Positions 43,961 through 52,533 of a stretch of 58,404 nucleotides of DNA are shown here, piece by piece. The notes below the pieces were generated by a model. It did no database searches. It was not told the origin of the DNA and was given only the letters and a program-made list of their open reading frames with translations. The stretch is from an uncultured Candidatus Saccharibacteria bacterium (lineage in GTDB: Bacteria > Patescibacteriota > Minisyncoccia > Phycocordibacterales > WO2-35-19), in assembly GCA_964464975.1 (NCBI GenBank), contig CAYXKV010000002.1, positions 1 to 58,404 of the forward strand. Reading direction: 5' to 3'. Positions within the stretch are counted from its first letter, which is position 1, and every line of letters begins with the position of its first letter. Made by a program: the position numbers and the translations under genes.

Positions 43961-45244
43961 TTAGTCAAGAGCGGTATTTAGGCTAACTGCCTTTTTCCAA
44001 TAATATATATCAACAAAAACATTAACAAATGTATGAATTATCCTACTCAATACAACCCCCGTAATTCCCAGTGTTGGAGTTAGAATTAAGAGAGAAATAA
44101 TAAGAAACCATGGTGGTATTATGATTGCTTTATAAAGCAATTTTTTTGGAGTTTGGGTTAATTTGGCTTGCCCTTTGGCTGCTAAAAGATTGATTGGAAG
44201 TGCGAATATCAGTGTCAGGGCATATAATTTTGAGACAGGTATTGATGTCAAGTACTGAGGGAAGAAGATTTCAAAAAAATAAGGCACAATAACTATATAA
44301 GCTGTAGCAATTATAATCCCGATTATCAACAGTTGCAGCAGACGATTATAAAGTATGGAATCTATTTCCCTAAATGTCCTAGTAGCAAGTTTTGGCATAA
44401 AAAGTACCGGTAATTTTTTCGCCAGACCTTTAATTTGATCTACTGGGGCGGTGGCAAACGCATAAATTGCAAGCGGTGCTGTGCCTAAAAAATGGAACAC
44501 CAATATTCCGTCAAGGAAGCTTGCAGCTGTAGCTACTATGTTTATAAAACTGAGGTGCTTTCCGTAAGATATGGCATTTATATCCAGATCATGGTTGGGC
44601 CTCCTTGCTCTGATCGTGTGATAATAGAAAAATAAACTTAAGGAAGAATTTGCTAAGAAATATACCGATATCAGCCAGATGACATTATTAGTCAACAGGA
44701 TTGTTATAAAACTGGCCCCAGCCGAAATTAATACGGATATGACGCTAAATTTAGCTGATCTCTCGAAGTCCTTTTTGCCATTAAGGAATGCTGTATATGT
44801 ATTTGCACTGTACAAAATTGGGGATAGAAATCCTATTATAAAAAAAATACCTGCTAACGTGAGATTGCCGTTGATAAGGTAGTATAAACCTCCAATTATA
44901 CCTGCCGCTAAAACTATTAGATTCCACTTAACCTGTATCAAAAAGGATTTTTTAAGAGTTCCTTCAAAACCTCTGGCTACGGCTTGGGCAACTGAAGTAT
45001 TCATCCCGGTTAAAGTCAACGCACTTAAAATGCCGGCTATATAGATAGCGTACCTATATGTGCCATAAACTTCCTGTGGCAACATATTCCCAAAGGCTAT
45101 GGCTAACAAAAACGAAACTACAGCACCAATAACTTGATTCGAAGTAAGCCAAAAGCCTCCTTTGGCAATATAGACCATATCAGTCTTAGTGTAACGCTCA
45201 CTCCAGCGCAAGATTGAGACCAGTTTGTTTTTTAGTTTTTCCAT
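43961..45244 (-). CDS. Wzx-type oligosaccharide flippase (MOP superfamily polysaccharide biosynthesis protein)
   Basis: 427 aa, about 12 TM helices. Typical architecture and position in a glycan cluster. Confidence 0.7.
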   Translation of the reverse strand: MEKLKNKLVSILRWSERYTKTDMVYIAKGGFWLTSNQVIGAVVSFLLAIAFGNMLPQEVYGTYRYAIYIAGILSALTLTGMNTSVAQAVARGFEGTLKKSFLIQVKWNLIVLAAGIIGGLYYLINGNLTLAGIFFIIGFLSPILYSANTYTAFLNGKKDFERSAKFSVISVLISAGASFITILLTNNVIWLISVYFLANSSLSLFFYYHTIRARRPNHDLDINAISYGKHLSFINIVATAASFLDGILVFHFLGTAPLAIYAFATAPVDQIKGLAKKLPVLFMPKLATRTFREIDSILYNRLLQLLIIGIIIATAYIVIVPYFFEIFFPQYLTSIPVSKLYALTLIFALPINLLAAKGQAKLTQTPKKLLYKAIIIPPWFLIISLLILTPTLGITGVVLSRIIHTFVNVFVDIYYWKKAVSLNTALD

Positions 45245-45289
45245 TTTGCTACGTTATTTAATCATTTTTTTGGTCTGTTTTCAATGTGC

Positions 45290-45318
45290 TTGCGCCGCCC
45301 GGCTCTCGCCTTTATACT
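45290..45318 (+). promoter_or_regulatory. Promoter giving a leader of about 1 nt
   Basis: TTGCGC (45290-45295), 17-nt spacer, TATACT (45313-45318). ATG at 45326. Confidence 0.45.
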
Positions 45319-45325
45319 TAATCCT

Positions 45326-47521
45326 ATGTCAAACAACCAGCTTAGGGCGGTGATATTAATCGGGCTATTTGCAGTGCCATTCGTGCCGCTTATAGTGATG
45401 AAGACCCTTTTTTTTCCTTTTATAACCGGCAAAGCGTTATTTTTCAGATTTGTCATTGAGATCATCTTTGCCTGCTACGTGATTCTTGCCGTCAGGGATT
45501 TTGCTTACCGGCCAAAGTTTACCTGGATTTTGGGCTCTATGGCGGCTTTTCTTGTCTTCATAGGGCTTGCGGATCTTTTTGCGGTAAATTCACACAAAGC
45601 GTTTTGGAGCAACTATGAACGTATGGAGGGATTTTTGGCAATGCTACACCTAGGGGCGTATTTTTTGGTTGCCGGATCAGTTTTAAAAACGCAAGCCATC
45701 TGGAACAAACTGCTTGCCACAAGTGTCGGAGTATCGGCCTTAATGTCCATTTATTCTTTTTTGCAGATTGCGGGGAAAATCACTATCAACCAAGGGGGAG
45801 TAAGAGTTGACGGAACACTGGGCAACGCCTCTTACCTCGGTATCTACATGGTCTTTCATATTTTCTTTGCCGCCATTTTGTTTGTGAGGGTTAATAAAAA
45901 TTGGCAGAGGATTCTTCTTGCGGTTGTCGGCGTCATGGATCTTATCGTTCTCTACTACACGGCTACCAGAGGAGCTATACTGGGCCTTATCGGCGGATCG
46001 CTTCTTGCCCTTATTTTCCTGATCGCAAAATCTGAGAAGGGAGAAAAGATAAGAAAAATTGGTGCCGGAATTCTTGGAGCAATAGTGCTTGTTGTAGCAG
46101 TGTTTTTGATCTTCAAAGATACTTCTTTCATCAGGCAAAATCAGGTGCTCGGAAGATTTTCAAGTTTGTCGTTTAGTGAAATAAAGACCCAAGGGAGATA
46201 TTTTGTCTGGCCGATGGCCATCAAAGGATTTTTGGACAGACCGATATTGGGATGGGGGCAGGAAGGATTCAATTTTGTATTCAACAAATACTATGACCCG
46301 CGGATGTACAACCAGGAACCATGGTTTGACCGCGCCCACAACACTTATCTCGACTGGCTCATAGCCGGAGGAGCACTGGGGCTTTTGTCGTATCTTGCGG
46401 TCATCTACTCTTTTTTGTACTACCTTTTTAAGAACAAAGAGGACTTCCTTAGAAGAGAGGATAAAGCCATAATGCTCGGGCTTTTGGCCGCATACGGTTT
46501 CCACAACCTATTCGTTTTCGATCAGATTGGAAGCTATATATTCTTTTTCCTGATTCTCGCCTACATTCATTCCCATGCCACAGAATCGACCAACGCTGTC
46601 TGGAGCAAGATATCAACCGCTTTCTCAAATTTTGTCTCCAAGGAGAGCCGAAGGCCGGTCATAGAATCAGGTACGGTTGTTGTTCTGGTCATAGCACTTT
46701 TTTTCGTGGTTTATGCGCCGTGGAAACAAAACAAAAACCTTCTTCAATTTCTGTACTCAAGTTCCCAAGGTAAAGGGATCGATCCTGTCGAGGCCAAAGA
46801 TTTGCTCGACAACTATAACATGGGTTTTCCGGAATCGCTGGAACATATTTCCCAGGCGGCCATATCCAACTCAGGCAATCCCAGCATGACAAATGAAAAT
46901 AAAATGAAAGTTTTTGAGATCGTGGACGAAGCTTTCAAGATGCAGATCGCTCATCAGAATAATGATGCAAGATACAGGCTGTTTTACGGAATGTTCCTTT
47001 CCAGATACGGCTGGTACGGCAGGGCTATCGAAGAACTTAAGAAAGCTGTAGAACTTTCACCAAAAAAACAGACTATTTATTTTGAGCTCATAAGCAACCT
47101 GATGCTTGACGGCAAAATATCTGAAGCCTTTGAAACGGCGAAAAAAACATATGAGCTGGAGCCCGCGTTTAATGAGGCCAAATACATCTACGGACTTTCT
47201 GCTGTTGCTGTAGGGGACAATGCGGTTTCTCAGAGTATCTTGGGGAGCGTGTCTGAACGAGAGCTCGTTTTTGATGACAGATATCTTTCGGTTCTTGTGA
47301 TAGTCAACCGAAACCAAGACGTCATAAATATTGCAAAAAGGAGAGTTGAGCTTGATTCAAACAATATGCAGCACTGGATTACCTTAACGGCCGCTTACTT
47401 GCGGGCTAATCTGAGAGAGGAAGCGATAAATACAATACGGAAGATGATTGAACTAAACCCATCCTTTAAAGAACAGGGTGAATACTACATAAGCGAAATT
47501 AGGGCAGGGAGGAATCCGTAA
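45326..47521 (+). CDS. O-antigen ligase/polymerase-like (Wzy_C) membrane protein fused to C-terminal TPR repeats
   Basis: Polytopic N-terminal part with the YYTATRGAILGLIGG motif. The C-terminal ~200 aa are TPR-like (YGRAIEELKKAVELSPK..., AFETAKKTYELEPAFNEA...). The ORF track starts at 45284, but the promoter geometry favours ATG 45326 (MSNNQL...). Confidence 0.75.
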   Translation: MSNNQLRAVILIGLFAVPFVPLIVMKTLFFPFITGKALFFRFVIEIIFACYVILAVRDFAYRPKFTWILGSMAAFLVFIGLADLFAVNSHKAFWSNYERMEGFLAMLHLGAYFLVAGSVLKTQAIWNKLLATSVGVSALMSIYSFLQIAGKITINQGGVRVDGTLGNASYLGIYMVFHIFFAAILFVRVNKNWQRILLAVVGVMDLIVLYYTATRGAILGLIGGSLLALIFLIAKSEKGEKIRKIGAGILGAIVLVVAVFLIFKDTSFIRQNQVLGRFSSLSFSEIKTQGRYFVWPMAIKGFLDRPILGWGQEGFNFVFNKYYDPRMYNQEPWFDRAHNTYLDWLIAGGALGLLSYLAVIYSFLYYLFKNKEDFLRREDKAIMLGLLAAYGFHNLFVFDQIGSYIFFFLILAYIHSHATESTNAVWSKISTAFSNFVSKESRRPVIESGTVVVLVIALFFVVYAPWKQNKNLLQFLYSSSQGKGIDPVEAKDLLDNYNMGFPESLEHISQAAISNSGNPSMTNENKMKVFEIVDEAFKMQIAHQNNDARYRLFYGMFLSRYGWYGRAIEELKKAVELSPKKQTIYFELISNLMLDGKISEAFETAKKTYELEPAFNEAKYIYGLSAVAVGDNAVSQSILGSVSERELVFDDRYLSVLVIVNRNQDVINIAKRRVELDSNNMQHWITLTAAYLRANLREEAINTIRKMIELNPSFKEQGEYYISEIRAGRNP

Positions 47522-47577
47522 CAAAATTAACCTAATTTCTAGTTGACCTAACGTAAAAAGGGTTATCCACAGGGGTC

Positions 47578-47606
47578 TTGCAATATATCCTATACTATGC
47601 TATACT
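47578..47606 (+). promoter_or_regulatory. Promoter of an orphan non-coding transcript
   Basis: TTGCAA (47578-47583), 17-nt spacer, TATACT (47601-47606). Confidence 0.5.
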
Positions 47607-47611
47607 AGCTT

Positions 47612-47856
47612 GTGTGAGTGTATAGATAACTTCTATACAAATGAATGTCTGCGAAAGATCGCCAGAAATGGCGGTTTTTCGTTTACCTGGAACTATCGAA
47701 GGGTTCAAGTACTTGTGCAAATAGCGGGTATTTAATACTATTTAAATGTGCCGCGGCGCGGGTGGCGGTTCGCACTCACATAAGACATTTGTTTTGGAGG
47801 TTAGCTTCCGCCACCCACGCTACGGCATATGATCGGACCTTCGGTCCGTTTTTTTA
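47612..47856 (+). ncRNA. Unassigned structured ncRNA candidate of about 245 nt
   Basis: Promoter upstream. 5' TGTGTGAGTG (47612-47621) pairs with CACTCACATA (47773-47782). GCGGGTGGCGG/CCGCCACCCACGC stem. CGCCA-GAAA-TGGCG tetraloop hairpin. Terminator CGGACC TTC GGTCCG plus T7 (47834-47856). No ORF. Confidence 0.5.
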
Positions 47857-48181
47857 ATTTTTAAATTTCAGTAAAAATTTTCGATCTAAAAATTAAAAAA
47901 TTAAGATAAAAAAGTTCTAATGGTTTTTCAATAGTCACTCAAAATAAAAAATATTTTTTTAAAAAGTTTTACGGCCGTACTCCGAGTAAGCAAGTTATCC
48001 CCACTTTTGCAAAAAAATTATTTACTTAAATTTTTTTTAGCGCGATAATGTAATCAAGGTCGATCGTCTGAAAAATTTTTTTCAAAAAATATTTCAGGCA
48101 AGCTGCAGAAATTTTCAAACTTTTGCAGCAAGCGCGCTTAAAAATAATTTTACACTCTGTCTCTAACAGAGAAAAAATAAA

Positions 48182-48235
48182 ATGGCAAAGAAAAAGGCAG
48201 CCAAGAAAAAGGCAACAAAGAAGAAGAGAGCATAG
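48182..48235 (+). CDS. Candidate 17-codon poly-lysine micro-ORF (MAKKKAAKKKATKKKRA)
   Basis: ATG 48182 to TAG 48233-48235. Followed by two hairpins and a terminator. Below the ORF-track cutoff. Confidence 0.25.
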   Translation: MAKKKAAKKKATKKKRA

Positions 48236-48301
48236 TCCGAGCCCGGCATAAGCCGGACGAGGACTCCGATTTTGTGTCGGAGCTTCTCCCACTTAGCAAA
48301 G

Positions 48302-48333
48302 ACTCCCGCATACGAAGGGAGTTTTTGTTTTTT
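48302..48333 (+). terminator. Rho-independent terminator
   Basis: ACTCCC (48302-48307), 9-nt loop, GGGAGT (48317-48322), then TTTTTGTTTTTT. Confidence 0.7.
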
Positions 48334-48377
48334 AAAACCATTTAAAAATGCCTAAAATATGATATAATCCGTAAGCT

Positions 48378-50861
48378 ATGTCTTTTTTGAACAGAATTTT
48401 CGGAGATCCGAGTGAGCGGTATATCAAGGGAATTTTGCCGTTAATTGAAAAAATAAATTCTTTTGAAGAGCAAGTTTCTACTCTTTCGGCAGAAGAGTTG
48501 AGAGGTAAGACCGACGAATTCAAAAAAAGACTATCGAAAGGCGAAAAAATAGATGAAATTCTGCCGGAAGCCTTCGCTGTTGTGAGAGTAGCGGGTAGGA
48601 GGACTTTGGGCGAGAGACACTTCGATGTTCAGCTTATGGGTGGAGTGGTAATGCACCAAGGTGGGATAGCCGAGATGAGAACCGGAGAAGGAAAGACGCT
48701 TGTTGCAACTCTGCCAGCTTACCTCAACGCGCTTCAGGGAAGCGGAGTGCATATTATCACGGTAAATGATTATCTCTCTATGCGTGATGCCGCCTGGATG
48801 GGGCAGGTTTACGATGCACTCGGTCTTTCCGTTGCGGTGATAGCTCATGAAGCCAGTTATGTGTATGACCCTGCTCACACGAATAAAGACAAGGAGAGAG
48901 ATGAAAAAGGTTCGTACAAGATTGTGCACGAGTTCCTGCGACCTATAAGCCGAATAGAAGCTTATGAAGCTGACATCACCTACGGGACAAACAGCGAATT
49001 CGTGTTTGACTATCTGCGTGATAACCTGGAGTATGACTTTTCCAAAGTCAGGCAAAAGGCCCATTACTTTGCAATCGTAGACGAGATAGACTCAATATTA
49101 ATCGATGAGGCGAGGACTCCTCTCATCATTTCTGCACCGTCGTCAGATTCCGATGTCATGTATTTGAAATTCGCAGAGGTGGCTCGAAAGCTCAAAGAGG
49201 AAGAGCATTATACGGTGGATGAAAAGATGCACGCGGTCTTACTCACGGACGCAGGCATAGAAAAGGCGGAACAAATTTTGGGGCTTCAAAATATTTATGC
49301 CGAAGGCGGGGTCAGACTGGTACATCACCTAGAGACCGCTCTAAAGGCCAAGGCTCTTTACCATAATGATAAGGAATATGTGGTCAAAAACTCGCCTGAA
49401 GGTAGCGAGGTGGTGATCGTAGACCCTTACACGGGAAGACTTCAGCCGGGCAGACGATGGTCAGAGGGTCTGCATCAGGCGATTGAAGCCAAAGAGGGGG
49501 TTAGTATCCAAAAGGAATCTAGAACCTTCGCCTCCATTACCTACCAGAACTATTTCAGGATGTATAAGAAGCTCTCTGGCATGACCGGTACAGCCTTGAC
49601 CTCAGCTGAGGAATTTTACAAGGTTTATGGATTAAATACGGTGGCTATTCCCACCAACAAGCCAGTGCAAAGGGTTGATCTCAATGACCTGATATTTCAA
49701 ACAGAGGAAGGCAAACTCAAGGCCATAGCGAGAAAGGTAAAGGGACTTCAGGAAACGGGCCAGCCCGTCCTCATAGGTACTATCTCCATCGAGAAAAATG
49801 AGCTGCTTGCCGAATATCTAAAGACGGCAGGAGTAAAATTTGAGATGCTCAATGCGAAGAATCATGAGAGGGAAGGAGAGATAATCGCTCAGGCCGGCCG
49901 TGAAGGCGCGGTAACGATTGCCACGAACATGGCCGGAAGAGGTGTTGACATCAAACTTGGCGGGGCGCCATTCAACAAGGATGCACATGAAAGAGTAAAA
50001 TCCCACGGAGGACTCTTCGTCTTGGGTACCGAGAGGCATGATGCACGCCGCATAGACAATCAGCTCAGAGGCCGTTCGGGCAGGCAGGGAGATCCGGGCG
50101 AGACCCAGTTTTTTGTATCCATGGAGGATCACATAATGAGAGTTTTTGCCTCGGATACGGTAAAAAATATGATGGGCAGGTTAGGCATTCCAGAGGACGA
50201 ACCCATAGAAAACAGGCTCATCACCAGGGCTCTGGAAAGTGCACAATCGAAAATAGAAGGGCTGAATTTTGATGCCCGGAAACACGTGCTTGAGTATGAC
50301 GATGTTTTAAATTTTCAGAGAAAGACTTTTTACGAGCGCAGGAGAAACATCCTGAGGGGAGAGAAGAGCCAAATACTCGAGTATCTTAATAAAATTTCCG
50401 AAAACTCCCTGCCCGAAATAAGACAGGTGATTGAGGAAAGGCTAAAGACAAATGAGGAACAATACCTTGTGGCTTTCAGGCAGGTGGCCTTGCAGACCTT
50501 TGATATGTTTTGGGTGGATCATCTTGAGATGATGGATTATCTCCGAAGCTCGGTCAACCTGCGTGCATATGGTCAAAGGGACCCATTGGTGGAGTACAAG
50601 AAAGAGGGACTGAGACTGTTTAAAGAAATGGAAGAATCGATAGAGAGCACCATTCTCGGCATTATTTCAAAGGTTGAATCAGCCGATATCTCCGCCCAGC
50701 GTGAAATTGAAAATCAAGCCCTTAAAATTACCGGAACCACTGATTCAAAAAACCCCTCTTATATAAAGGAGATCGTCGGACCAAAAGGGGAAAAAATCGG
50801 AAGAAACGACCCCTGCTGGTGCGGTAGCGGCAATAAATTCAAAAAATGCCACGGAGCATAG
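48378..50861 (+). CDS. secA: Preprotein translocase ATPase SecA
   Basis: 827 aa. MRTGEGKT Walker A, DEIDSILIDEARTPLIIS, TNMAGRGVDIKLGG, and the C-terminal zinc motif CWCGSGNKFKKCHG. Extended -10 TGATATAAT (48360-48368) lies 9 nt upstream of the ATG. Confidence 0.97.
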   Translation: MSFLNRIFGDPSERYIKGILPLIEKINSFEEQVSTLSAEELRGKTDEFKKRLSKGEKIDEILPEAFAVVRVAGRRTLGERHFDVQLMGGVVMHQGGIAEMRTGEGKTLVATLPAYLNALQGSGVHIITVNDYLSMRDAAWMGQVYDALGLSVAVIAHEASYVYDPAHTNKDKERDEKGSYKIVHEFLRPISRIEAYEADITYGTNSEFVFDYLRDNLEYDFSKVRQKAHYFAIVDEIDSILIDEARTPLIISAPSSDSDVMYLKFAEVARKLKEEEHYTVDEKMHAVLLTDAGIEKAEQILGLQNIYAEGGVRLVHHLETALKAKALYHNDKEYVVKNSPEGSEVVIVDPYTGRLQPGRRWSEGLHQAIEAKEGVSIQKESRTFASITYQNYFRMYKKLSGMTGTALTSAEEFYKVYGLNTVAIPTNKPVQRVDLNDLIFQTEEGKLKAIARKVKGLQETGQPVLIGTISIEKNELLAEYLKTAGVKFEMLNAKNHEREGEIIAQAGREGAVTIATNMAGRGVDIKLGGAPFNKDAHERVKSHGGLFVLGTERHDARRIDNQLRGRSGRQGDPGETQFFVSMEDHIMRVFASDTVKNMMGRLGIPEDEPIENRLITRALESAQSKIEGLNFDARKHVLEYDDVLNFQRKTFYERRRNILRGEKSQILEYLNKISENSLPEIRQVIEERLKTNEEQYLVAFRQVALQTFDMFWVDHLEMMDYLRSSVNLRAYGQRDPLVEYKKEGLRLFKEMEESIESTILGIISKVESADISAQREIENQALKITGTTDSKNPSYIKEIVGPKGEKIGRNDPCWCGSGNKFKKCHGA

Positions 50862-50868
50862 GTGTATA

Positions 50869-51420
50869 ATGGTCAGAATGAGTAGGTATTTTGTGGGGCA
50901 TAAAGTCGGGGGAGAGACTGCGAGTGATTTTTATTTGAAAGTTACTAAGGAACTTGCAGATAAGTTTGGTATAACAAACCTCGGTGAAAGAGTGGCGCCT
51001 CACTTGACCCTAAAGCCACCATTTGAGATTCAAAATCTTGGGGCAATTGAAAAAGAAATTGAAAAAATTGCCAAAAGGGCAAAACCTCTCTCCTTTACTC
51101 TTGGAGGATTGGGTGTTTTTGAAGGAAGGGACGGGGCGACGGTATTTTGGAAGGTGCATGGAAATTGGGAATTCAAAAAGCAGATACAACAGATTGCTGA
51201 TGACCTCGCTATTTTTGGAGAAAACGGAAGCAGCCTCCCGAGACCTATCAAGGCCCACCTTTCACTCGCAAGGTATGTTAAAGGAGGAGATCTGAAGGCG
51301 GTTTTGGATTTTCTGGAAAATCGGGAAGTGCCTTGGGTTGATGCAGAGTTTAACAACCTCTCGATTTTTGAATTTATTCCCGGCGGCTGGCAAACCTATA
51401 AATCTTTTGGAATAAAATAA
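50869..51420 (+). CDS. 2H phosphoesterase superfamily protein (LigT / 2'-5' RNA ligase / cyclic phosphodiesterase-like)
   Basis: 183 aa with two H-x-T/S-x motifs (PHLTLKPP and AHLSLARY). Confidence 0.75.
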   Translation: MVRMSRYFVGHKVGGETASDFYLKVTKELADKFGITNLGERVAPHLTLKPPFEIQNLGAIEKEIEKIAKRAKPLSFTLGGLGVFEGRDGATVFWKVHGNWEFKKQIQQIADDLAIFGENGSSLPRPIKAHLSLARYVKGGDLKAVLDFLENREVPWVDAEFNNLSIFEFIPGGWQTYKSFGIK

Positions 51421-51605
51421 CCTAAAAGCGCACTGACTGTCTAAAAAATTTAAATTACATTTTTTTACCGTGCATAAGCTTTCTTTTTGGGGGGACTTTG
51501 TTAGACTTTAAAATACAAAATAATTAACAATTAATAATCATATGGTATCCCTACGAACTCCAAAAATGAAGCAAAAGTACGAAGAGCACCAAAAAACAGG
51601 CGCCT

Positions 51606-51890
51606 TTGTTGAAAGTCTGTCCGCTTTGCCACGCAGAAGCTCTCAAGACATTCAGGTTTTGGAAGATCGTAAACAACAACTTCCCGTATGACGCAATTGC
51701 CAAAATACATCATATGATCGTTCCGCTTAGGCACACCAAGGAGAGGGGACTTAATGCCGAAGAATTGGATGAACTTCTGCAAATCAAAGAGGAGGTACTT
51801 AACTCGGAGTACGATTATTTAATCGAAGCGGCTTTAAAAAACAGATCTATACCGGAGCACTTCCACCTTCACCTTGTAATATCAAAATAA
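51606..51890 (+). CDS. Small HIT-like (histidine triad) protein
   Basis: 94 aa. C-terminal HFHLHLV histidine-triad motif. CPLC near the N-terminus. TTG start is uncertain. Confidence 0.55.
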   Translation: MLKVCPLCHAEALKTFRFWKIVNNNFPYDAIAKIHHMIVPLRHTKERGLNAEELDELLQIKEEVLNSEYDYLIEAALKNRSIPEHFHLHLVISK

Positions 51891-51894
51891 AATT

Positions 51895-52533
51895 ATGATC
51901 GAAGGGCTTTTGGGATTTTTGGAAGCGAATATTTTGCCGCTCGGGGTGGTAGGAGTTTTCGTTGCCTCCGTGGTTGAGGAGGTCGTAGCACCCATACCTT
52001 CGGCTCTCATTATGACGATGTCTGGCTTTATCTTTGTTCAGGGAGATTTATCGTGGGGAGTCTTGTGGGCTCTGATTTTTAAGGTGGCCATACCGGCCGC
52101 GCTTGGAGTGACTTTAGGCTCGTATGTCATTTATTATGCGGCAAAATATGGAGGCAAATTCATAATCGAGAGATGGGGAAGATATTTGGGACTTTATTGG
52201 AAGGATATCGAGAAGCTACGAAGCCGCCTTAGCGGTACCAGGAAGGACGAATTGATAATTGCAATTGCTCGAATTGTGCCTTTTGTACCAAGCGTTGCAA
52301 TATCGGCGTTTTGCGGAATTTTGGAGATGAATATAGTCAAATACACGATAATTTCATTTGTCGGCGTATTTTTTAGGGGCATTGTCCTTGGGGCTATCGG
52401 CTGGCAGGCCGGTAATGTATATGAAAGGTATGCTGAGACCATTTCCTCCATTGAAAATACTGTCCTCATATCCACTATTTTCGCGATTGCCGCCTTCGTT
52501 ATGCTAAAATATAAGCACAGATTTGAAAGATAA
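51895..52533 (+). CDS. DedA-family (VTT/SNARE-associated domain) membrane protein
   Basis: 212 aa. Typical DedA topology with the ...EEVVAPIPS... N-terminal motif and GR..P.VP-like region (IARIVPFVPSVAISAFCG). Confidence 0.75.
   Translation: MIEGLLGFLEANILPLGVVGVFVASVVEEVVAPIPSALIMTMSGFIFVQGDLSWGVLWALIFKVAIPAALGVTLGSYVIYYAAKYGGKFIIERWGRYLGLYWKDIEKLRSRLSGTRKDELIIAIARIVPFVPSVAISAFCGILEMNIVKYTIISFVGVFFRGIVLGAIGWQAGNVYERYAETISSIENTVLISTIFAIAAFVMLKYKHRFER

Noticed and set aside
43230-43964. A 244-aa + strand ORF antisense to the radical SAM gene. Similar long shadow ORFs occur at 13601-14386, 18488-19063, 19675-20061, 25537-25986 and 48531-49064.
   Set aside because: Each lies opposite a gene with clear family motifs (CxxxCxxC radical SAM, vWA MIDAS, SecD, SecF, VirD4-like, SecA). 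Each lacks a start-site context.
47612-47856. Assigning the orphan ncRNA to tmRNA, RNase P RNA, SRP/4.5S RNA or 6S RNA
   Set aside because: It has no tRNA-like 3' end or tag ORF (tmRNA). It has no GAGGAAAGTCC-type P4 or ACAGAA motifs (RNase P). It has no GGAA-tetraloop/AGCAGC domain IV signature; only a chance GTTTACCTGG resembles the 4.5S GUUUACCAGG. The 6S-like closing stem exists, but the length and the extra 3' domain do not fit. It is left unassigned pending an Rfam scan.
51566-51608. A possible frameshift at an A6 run (51591-51596) that would extend the HIT-like protein N-terminally from ATG 51566 (MKQKYEEHQK...)
   Set aside because: The upstream ATG has no RBS or promoter support, and the extension has no recognisable HIT-family sequence. 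The TTG start at 51606 gives a plausible domain. The evidence is too weak to call a frameshift.
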